A DNA stretch of 64,000 nucleotides, taken from positions 93,868,001 to 93,932,000 of the forward strand of contig OZ024740.1 in NCBI GenBank assembly GCA_964016885.1. Reading direction: 5' to 3'. Position numbers and translations under genes: made by a program. The DNA comes from Eledone cirrhosa (lineage: Eukaryota). Under the pieces are notes generated by a model. That model was not told the origin of the DNA. It saw only the letters and a program-made list of their open reading frames with translations, and did not search any database. Each line of letters starts with the position of its first letter. The stretch's first letter is position 1. Shown piece by piece: positions 55,951 through 64,000 of the stretch.

Positions 55951-58900
55951 TCCTTGAATCTCAGTCATTGATGTTGGTTAACTGGAGAGTCCGTTGGATT
56001 GAATATCAAGCCACTACCTGCAGCCTCAGATATTCAGGACGTATCGGAGGGTTCTTGCCGTTCCAAGCAAGCATGCCTTTTGAAGCGTTCCAAAAAGCGT
56101 GAAGGGGCCGATTTTCTTTAACCATCCCTGGAAACCTTTGGAGATAGTCCCCAGTGCGCCTATGACAATCGGGATCACTTTGACTTCATGGCAGTTCCAA
56201 ATCCTTTTCACCTCCCACTTTAGGTCCTGGTATCGGTTAATTTTCTCCCTCTCCTTCTCTTGCACTCTCGTGTCGAACGGGCAGGCCACATCCACAATCA
56301 GGCACGATCTTTTTTCTTTGTCCACAACCACCAGGTCAGGTCTATTGTGTTCCAGTTTTTTGTCCGTCTGTATCCTAAAATCCCACAGCACCTTCACCTG
56401 ACTGTTCTCCATCACCGCCTCTGGCCTATGCTCATACCATTTCTCAGAATGTGGTAGATTGTTTACTTTGCACAGGTGCCAGTGGATCACCCTGCCCATC
56501 ACATCGTGTCTCCAGCCCTTATAGTGGGTCTGGGCTAGGTGTTTACACTCGGACACAATGTGAGCCACAGTCTCCTCTCTCTCTCCACAGATCCTGCACA
56601 GTGGGCTAGCCTCCTCCTTGTAGATATGGTGCTTCAACCACTTCGTTTTGAGGGCCTGCTCCTGCGCAGCCATTAGCATTCCTTCTGTAGCCTTTTTGAG
56701 GTCTCCTCTTCTCAACCAGTTCCATGTCTGTGGATCTCTAAATTCAGTTTTCTCAAAGAAGGTACTATGAAGGGATTTTCCCTTAAGGCTGCTCTTCCTC
56801 CTTGATGTTATTTCCTCCTTGGGTATCCCCTGGCCTACTCTCCCCTCCTTCAGTACAGCTCTGAGCATTGGCTCCTTACTATAGGTCACGTATTTGTATA
56901 GGTTGTTTTTCTCCATCTGAACACAGTCCTCTATGCTGATAAGACCTCTTCCACCCTCAGATCTCCTTAGGTAGAGTCTATCGACATCACTCCTCTTGTG
57001 GAACATGTTGTAGATAGTCAATAGCTTCCTAGTCTTCCTATCCATTTCTTTTTGTTCAGCAACATTCCATCTCAGAATTCCCGCACTGTACCTAATAATA
57101 GACACAGCTCGGGAATTTACTGCGCTTATGGCATTTCTGCTGTTCAGATGTGACTTCAATACGCTCCTTACTCTCCGAATGTATTCAGTTCTTAACAATT
57201 CCTTCATTTTTTTGTTCTTTATGCCATCAGCCTCCAGAACGCCCAAATACTTGTATCCTTCCTCAGAGTCAATTTCCTTTATCATCTCACCTGTTGGTAT
57301 CTGGATCCCGTTACTTCTGCTCAACCTACCCCTCCTCATCACAATGACTCCACATTTACCAATACCAAACTGCATACATATATCACTGCTGAAAATACGG
57401 ACAGTGTCAACAAGCACATCCAACTCCTTCTCACTTTTCCCGAAGAGCTTAAGATCGTCCATGAAGAGGAGGTGATTGATGGTAAGCTCTCCCCTTCCCA
57501 ACTTGTATCCTGCTCTCACTTTTCGCAGCATAATGGTCAAGGGCATCAGGGCAAGGACAAACAACAGAGGGGACAGGCTATCTCCCTGGAAGATACCTCT
57601 CTTGATCTTCACGCTTCCCAAGGATACTCCAGTTGATGTCAACTCTGTCTCCCAGGACCCCATACTCCTGCCCAGCAACTCTCTGATGTTATCTGCCACC
57701 CTGAAGATCTCCAGGCTTTTGGTGATCCAGGAATGAGGCACCATGTCAAATGCCTTTCTGTAGTCTATCCATCCCATGGCAAGATCAGTGTGTCTCCTCC
57801 TGCAATTCCCCATTACCATCTTATCAATAAGCAACTGGTCCTTTGTACCACGTGACTTCTTTCGGCATCCTTTCTGTTCGTCCGGCAACAAGTTGTTTGT
57901 GTGGAGGTGATGGTAGATTTCCTCAGACACAATGCTCGTCAACAGTTTCCACATTACGGGCAGACATGTGATAGGTCTATAGTTGGTAACATCATTACCC
58001 TTGATTCGGTCTTTCATTATCAGAACTGTGGTACCTTTTGTCAACCACTCTGGCACCTCACCCGACACCAAGCAGTCATTGAACATGGCCGTCAGCTTCG
58101 GGTGGAGGGATGTTAAATGTTTAATCCAATACCCCTGCACACCATCTGGGCCTGGTGATTTCCAGTTGGTTAGTTTTTTGGCTTGCCCCTTAAGAGTTTC
58201 AACTGTGATACTCAAATCAGTCTGTTGCTGTGCCTGCTCACCGATCTCCCTCTGTACTGTCTCAATCCACCCTGCCTGGGCATTGTGTCTAACATCCTGC
58301 TCCCATATTCCTCTCCAGAATGTTTTAGCTTGTTCCGCCCCAGGGATCAAGTCGGTGCCTCTTTCTTTCCCCTCAAGCTGTCCAAACAGCATCTTCTGGT
58401 TGTTGTCGAACATGCGGTTCTGTTTATACTGACTGACTCTGTTCTCGTATCGCCTGATTTTGGCACTCTTTGCTACAATGCGTTGCTTCAATTCCTCTAT
58501 GATAATATTTAGCTTTTTACTCCTAGTTTTGTATTTTATTTCCAGTCTATTTTTAGTGCCTATGTTTTTTAGTGTCCCATTCAGTAGTGACTCAAGCTTT
58601 CCTATGTCATTTCTCATTTCCCCGATTTGCCCACTCAGTCGCTTCTTCCACCACGGCTCTGCTCTTTCTTGTCTGTTGTTTCCTCTCGCTTTTATACCAA
58701 GTAGTTTCCTCACCGTATTTGCTGTTGCTTTGAGGATATTGTTGCACTGGTGAAGACTCCTCGCCTCAAGGTATGGGATGACTTTGTTTACCTTAGCTGT
58801 TGTTTCTTTTAACTTTTTCCTGTCTACAAATCTTAGGTTCATAGGTCTCCCACTATCATTGTTCAACTCATCTACCACTAAATTTAGGATGTCAACCGAA

Positions 58901-60458
58901 TCTTGTCCTAGCCCGTCAGCATTCATCTCCTCAGTGGCCGTATCTCTGTTCCAGGTATTATTTATCTCAGTATTCAGATCATTGTCTGCTTCGGGTGGTT
59001 CCTCCGCTCTCAGGACCTCCTCACCTTCATTTCCCGCCGGCTCGCTTGTCTGGCATACTACACCCGCCATCTCCAAGCCATTCTCTCTGCTCAGTTCCTC
59101 CAGTTCCAGCTCGCTTATCCACCCATTAGTTCTTATTACCCGAGCCTGCCCGGCCAATTTTTGTTCATCTAATTTAAATAAACCAATCTCGTTCCAGATG
59201 TTATGCATCCGTCTCCTGTAGCCCCTCTCCTTGGGGTTACTTTTCAGGTAGCATTGCATAACAGTTCTATTCAATTCTTTCGTCCAGTTGGTTCTGGCCC
59301 CTTTCCTTCTTCTTCTTCCTCCAACATCAGCAGTATTTCGTTGACAGTCAGGTTCCTGCTGCTGAGCCAGGGGGCACCTGTTGGGTGAGAGTCTGTCACA
59401 TGACGTTCTAGTCTCCATTTCACCGTTATTCGAACTGTTTATGTTCGATATTTAAACACTCTTATCGAGGATTGGCGAATGTATGTTTACATAGCCATCT
59501 GTGGATCCGCCATCCCACTTGGCCCTTGTGTGGCATCATCACCACGCTGTATACGGACACACATAAACAAACAAACACACGGGCAGAAAGGGCCCCAAAA
59601 ATGAATAAGCATAAGTTTCATTGTAATGTAGTATTCGAATGTCTGACTTAGTTTTTGTTTTTTAAGTTTTACTTTTTCCCCCCTCTTCTCTGTCCGTCCG
59701 CCTGCCTCTCTCTTCATTCTTATTTTCTTTACGTTTTGGGGGTTTCTTTTTTTGTTTTTGTTTTTCTCTGTTTTTCTCGTTTTTTACTGTTGTTGCTGTG
59801 CTGCTTTTGTTGTTTATTTTTTCTTTTTTCTTTTGAGTCTATCTATATATTTTGATGCCTTCCTCTTTTTTAGCAGTAGGGATTCTATAATGTGGTGGCA
59901 GCAGCCAGCTAAAAGAAGAAGTGGGAGACTGGCGGCGGTAGCGATACTGAGACAGTGGTGGTGGTGATGTCGATACCGAGGCAGTGGTGGCGGTGATGTG
60001 ACCGTATTACTGTAGCGATGGTGCTGTAGCGGTGGCAGCAGTGAAGGAGTGAAGGGGTGGTGGCGGCGGTGATGGGATAATGGTTGTAATGATGGCCGTA
60101 GTGATCGGTGGTGGTTTAGTGTACACAGGTGATAGGGTGGGTGGTGTATCTAGTTTCTGGTGTTGGTGAGTTTGGCTGTTCTATATAGTGTATACAGAGG
60201 AGGAGGGGGGGGGGGTTCTTCTTCCATTTATAGCCATTTTCTTTTTTGGATATACAGTGTACAATACAAAGTTGAATATTTGAATATTTGAGCCTTATAA
60301 CAATATATTTTGGGTCCGAATTTTTTGGGGCTCAAGCCGGGTGCTTTACGTAGCATTTGTACTAAGAGTTGTTATTTCACAAATGGTTTAAATATGTTAA
60401 AAATTCAAAACTTACGGGAGCGATTTCATGACCTCCGTCACCTCGTGCGTCTTCTTCC
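55951..60458 (-). mobile_element. Apparently full-length Dong/R4 family-A retrotransposon (5' boundary uncertain)
   Basis: Intact ORF, about 75-bp 3' UTR ending in (TAA)n, and about 1 kb of upstream sequence bounded by the next (TTA)n tract at 60460-60520. Confidence 0.8.
56026..59418 (-). CDS. Intact 1130-aa R4/Dong-clade polyprotein: N-terminal domain, reverse transcriptase, CCHC knuckle, restriction-like endonuclease
   Basis: KSPGPDGV, YRPITCL, QKGCR, WIDYRKAFDMVPH, GIFQGDSLSPLLF, LLFMDDLKLF, YKYLG; CRICGEREETVAHIVSEC; RHD..RPDLVVVD..VDVACP..KINRY. No stops or frameshifts. Confidence 0.96.
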   Translation of the reverse strand: METRTSCDRLSPNRCPLAQQQEPDCQRNTADVGGRRRRKGARTNWTKELNRTVMQCYLKSNPKERGYRRRMHNIWNEIGLFKLDEQKLAGQARVIRTNGWISELELEELSRENGLEMAGVVCQTSEPAGNEGEEVLRAEEPPEADNDLNTEINNTWNRDTATEEMNADGLGQDSVDILNLVVDELNNDSGRPMNLRFVDRKKLKETTAKVNKVIPYLEARSLHQCNNILKATANTVRKLLGIKARGNNRQERAEPWWKKRLSGQIGEMRNDIGKLESLLNGTLKNIGTKNRLEIKYKTRSKKLNIIIEELKQRIVAKSAKIRRYENRVSQYKQNRMFDNNQKMLFGQLEGKERGTDLIPGAEQAKTFWRGIWEQDVRHNAQAGWIETVQREIGEQAQQQTDLSITVETLKGQAKKLTNWKSPGPDGVQGYWIKHLTSLHPKLTAMFNDCLVSGEVPEWLTKGTTVLIMKDRIKGNDVTNYRPITCLPVMWKLLTSIVSEEIYHHLHTNNLLPDEQKGCRKKSRGTKDQLLIDKMVMGNCRRRHTDLAMGWIDYRKAFDMVPHSWITKSLEIFRVADNIRELLGRSMGSWETELTSTGVSLGSVKIKRGIFQGDSLSPLLFVLALMPLTIMLRKVRAGYKLGRGELTINHLLFMDDLKLFGKSEKELDVLVDTVRIFSSDICMQFGIGKCGVIVMRRGRLSRSNGIQIPTGEMIKEIDSEEGYKYLGVLEADGIKNKKMKELLRTEYIRRVRSVLKSHLNSRNAISAVNSRAVSIIRYSAGILRWNVAEQKEMDRKTRKLLTIYNMFHKRSDVDRLYLRRSEGGRGLISIEDCVQMEKNNLYKYVTYSKEPMLRAVLKEGRVGQGIPKEEITSRRKSSLKGKSLHSTFFEKTEFRDPQTWNWLRRGDLKKATEGMLMAAQEQALKTKWLKHHIYKEEASPLCRICGEREETVAHIVSECKHLAQTHYKGWRHDVMGRVIHWHLCKVNNLPHSEKWYEHRPEAVMENSQVKVLWDFRIQTDKKLEHNRPDLVVVDKEKRSCLIVDVACPFDTRVQEKEREKINRYQDLKWEVKRIWNCHEVKVIPIVIGALGTISKGFQGWLKKIGPFTLFGTLQKACLLGTARTLRYVLNI

Positions 60459-60459
60459 C

Positions 60460-60522
<63 letters not shown>

Positions 60523-60524
60523 TT

Positions 60525-63500
60525 TTCTTTGAGTCTCTGTCATTGATGTTGGTTAACTGGAAAGTTTGTTGAAATGAATATCAAGTCACTACCTGCAGCC
60601 TCAGTTATTCAGGATGTATCGGAGGGTTCTTGCTGTTCCCAGCAAGCATGCCTTTTGAAGTGTTCCAAAAAGCAGGGCGGGGCCAATTTTCTTTAACCAT
60701 CCCTGGAAACTCTTTCAGATAGTACCTAGTGCGCTTATGACAATCGGGACTACTTTGACGTCATGGTAGTTCCAAATCCTTTTTACCTCCAACTGTAAGA
60801 CCTGGTATCGGTTAATTTTCTCCCTCTCCTTCTCTTGCACTCGCGTGTCGAATGGGCAGGCCACATCCACAATCAGGCACGATCTTTTTTCCTTGTCCAA
60901 AACCACCTGGTCAGGTTTATAGTGTTCCAGTTTCTTGTCCGTCTGTATACTAAAATCCCTCTGCACCTTCACCTGATCGTTTTCTCTCACCGACTCTGGC
61001 TCATACTCATACCACTTCTCAGAATGTGGTAAATTGTTTACTTTACATAGGTGGCAGTGGATAACGTTGCCCCTCGCATCATATCTCCATCCCTTATAGT
61101 AAGTCTGGGCTAGGTATTTACACTCGGATACTATGTGAGCCACAGTCCCCTCTCTCTCTCCACAGATCCTGCAAAGTGGGCTAGCCTACTCCTTGTAAAT
61201 ATGGTGTTTCACCCACTTCGTTTTGAGGGCCTGCTCTTGCGCAGCCATTAGCATTCCTTCTGTAGCCTTTTTAAGTTCACTTCTTTTCAACCAGCTACAT
61301 GTCTGTGGATCTCTGAAATCAGTATTCTCAAAGAGGGTACTATGAACTCATTTTTCATGTAGGTTGCTCATTCTCCTTATTGTTATTTCCTCCTTGGCCA
61401 TCCCCTGGTATATTGTCATTTCCTTCAGTACAATTCTGAGCATTGGCTCCCTACTATCAGTCACGTATTTGTGGAGTTTGTTTTTCTCCATCTGAACACA
61501 GTCCTCTATGCTGATAAGTCCTCTTCCACCTTCAGATCTCCTTAAGTAGAGTCTATCGACATCACTCTTCTTGTGGAACATGTTGTAGATAGTCAATAGC
61601 TTCCTAGTTTTCCTATCCATTTCTTTTTGTTCAGCAACATTCCATCTCAGAATTCCCGCACTGTACCTAATAATAGACACAGCTAGGGAATTTACTGCAC
61701 TTATGGCATTCCTACTGTTCAGATGTGAGTTTAATACGCTCCTTACTCTCCGAATATATTCAGATCTTATCAATTCCTTCATTTTATTTCTTCTTCATGT
61801 CATCAGCCTCCAGAAAACACAAATACTTGTATCCTTCTTCAGTGTCAATTTCCTTTATCATCTCACCTGTTGTTACCTGGATTCCGTTACTTCTGCTCAA
61901 TTTACCCCCTCTTCATCACAAGGACTCCACATTTACTAATACCAAATTGCATACATATATCATTGCCGAAAATACGGACAGTGTTAACAAGAACATCCAA
62001 CTCCTTCTCACTCTTCCATTAGAGCTTAAGATCGTCCATGAAGAGGATGTGATTGATGGTAAGCTCTCCCTTTCCCAACTTATATCCTGCTCTCACTAAT
62101 CGAAGTATAATGGTCAGAGGCATCAGGGCAAGGACAAACAACAGAGGGGACAGACTATCTCCCTGGGAGATACCTCTCTTGATTTTCACGCCCCCTAAGG
62201 ATTCTCCAGCTGATGTTAACTCTGTTTTCCAGGACTTCATACTTTTGCTCAACAACTGTCTGATATTATCTGCCACCTTGAAGATCTCTGGACTTTTGGT
62301 GATCCAAGAATGAGGCACCATGTCAAATGCCTTTTTGTAGTCTAACCATCCCATGGAAAGACCAGTGTGTCTCCTCTTGCAATTCCTCATTACCATCTTA
62401 TCGGTAAGTAACTGGTCTTGTGTACCACTGGACTTCTTTCGGCATCCTTTCTCTTCGTCCGGTAACAAGTTGTTTGTGTGGAGGTGATGGTAGATTTCCT
62501 CAGACACAATGCTCGTCAACAGTTTCCACATTACGGACAGACATGTGATAGGTCTATAGTTGGTAACATCATTACCCTTGCTTCGGGTTTTCATTACCAG
62601 AACTGTGGTACCTTTTGTCAACTACTCTGGTACCTGACCTGACATCAAGCAGTCATTGAACATGGTTGTCAGTTTCGGGTGGAGGGATGTTATATTTTTA
62701 ATCCAATACCCCTGCATACCATGGGCCTGGTGATTTCCAGTTGGTTATTTTGTTGGCCTGCCCCTTAAGATTTTCAACTGTGATTCTCAAATAAGTTTTG
62801 TGTGTGCCTGTTCACTAATATCCTTTTGTACTGTCTCAATTCACACTGCCTGGTCATTATGTTTAACACCCTGCTCCCATATTCCTCTCCAGAATGTCTT
62901 AGTTTGTTCCGCCTCAGGGATCAAGTCGTTGCTTCTTTCTTTCCCTTCAAGCTGTCCAAACAACATCCTCTGGTTGTTGTCAAACATGCAGTTCTGTCTG
63001 TACTGACTGACTCTGCTCTCGTATTGCCGGATTTTTGCACTCTTTTCTACAATGCGTTGCTTCAGTTACTCTATGATAATATTTAGACTTTTCCTCCTAG
63101 TTTTGTACTTTATTTCCAGTCTATTTTTAGTGTATATGTTTTTTAGTGTCCAATTAAGTAGGGACTCAAGCTTTCCAATGTCATTTCTCATTTCCCTGAT
63201 TTGACCATTCAGTCGTTTCTTCCACCAATATTCTGATCTTTCTTGTTTGCTGTTTCCTCTCGCTTTCATGCCAAGTAATATCCTCACCGCATTTGCTGTT
63301 GCTTTGAGGATACTGTTGCACTGGTGAAGGCTTATCGCCTCAAAGTATGGGCTGACTTTGTTTACCTTAGCTGTTGTTTCTTTTAACTTTTTCATGTCTA
63401 CAAATCTTAGGTTCATAGGTTTCCCACTATCATTGTTCATTTCATCTACCACTAAGTTTAAGATATCAACCAAATATTGTCCGAGCTCGTCAGCATTCAT

Positions 63501-64000
63501 CTCCTCAATGGCCGTATGTCTGTTCCAGGTATTTTTTATTTCAGCATTCAGATCATTCTCTATTTCGGATGGTTCCTCCGTTCTCTCAACCTCTTCACCT
63601 TCATTTCCCACTGGCTCGTTTGCCTGTCATACTCCACTCTCCATTTCCAACCTAATCTCTCTGCTCAGTTCCTCCAGTTCCAGCTCGCTTATCCACCCAT
63701 TAGTTCATATTACCCGATCCTGCCCGGCCAAATTTTGGTTAAATAGACCAATCTCGTTCCATATGTTATGCATCCGTTTTCTATAGCCTTTTTCCTTGGG
63801 GTTACTCTTCAGGTAACATTGCATAACAGTTCTATTCAATTCTTTCGTCTAGTTGGTTCTGGTCCCTTTCTTTCTTCTTCTTCTGACACCAGCAGTATTT
63901 AGTTGACAGCCAGGTCCCTGCTGCTGAGCCAGGGAGCACCAGCTTTGTGAGAGTCTATCACATGACATTCCAGTCTCCACTTCACCGTTATTCGAACTGT
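60525..64000 (-). mobile_element. Diverged, disrupted near full-length Dong family-A copy running off the window end
   Basis: ORF pieces 63066-63611, 62019-62621, 61348-61782 and 60715-61143 are colinear with the intact ORF. The window end matches 59400-59438. Confidence 0.93.

Noticed and set aside
59419-59560. Possible HDV-like ribozyme in the Dong 5' UTR
   Set aside because: Some pairings (TTCGCC/GGTGAA, a TCGAAC hairpin) are visible on the minus strand, but I could not build the nested P1/P1.1 pseudoknot by eye.
33600-64000. Telomeric retrotransposon array
   Set aside because: No TTAGGG/TTAGG repeats were seen, and elements lie in both orientations, unlike end-added arrays.

Overview
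Eukaryotic, AT-rich, repeat-dominated DNA. The SINE family, (TA)n load and Dong/R4 content resemble a coleoid cephalopod, but that taxon call is an inference. I could not support any host protein-coding exon, tRNA, rRNA or CRISPR array, and most short ORF-track entries are (TA)n/(CA)n artefacts. The window has two domains. (1) 1-33.6 kb: (TA)n microsatellites, decayed Penelope-like elements (GIY-YIG), several small elements carrying minimal hammerhead ribozymes, two long fold-back palindromes, tRNA-derived SINEs, RTE-like 3' ends, an old Dong/R4 copy and a head-to-tail Helitron dimer. (2) 33.6-64 kb: an uninterrupted nest of non-LTR retrotransposons. Every R4/Dong-clade (RT + restriction-like endonuclease) copy lies on the minus strand, every Tx1/L1-clade (APE + RT) copy lies on the plus strand, and most copies meet at (TTA)n tracts of one polarity. 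One Dong ORF (56026-59418) is intact. The best candidate for an undescribed system is this opposite-orientation co-occupation of (TTA)n by two unrelated LINE clades. Other candidates are a tandem hammerhead element, a Naiad-type GIY-YIG with UGA at a conserved Cys, and an ORF1-only Tx1 derivative. Element boundaries are read by eye and approximate unless a motif is quoted.
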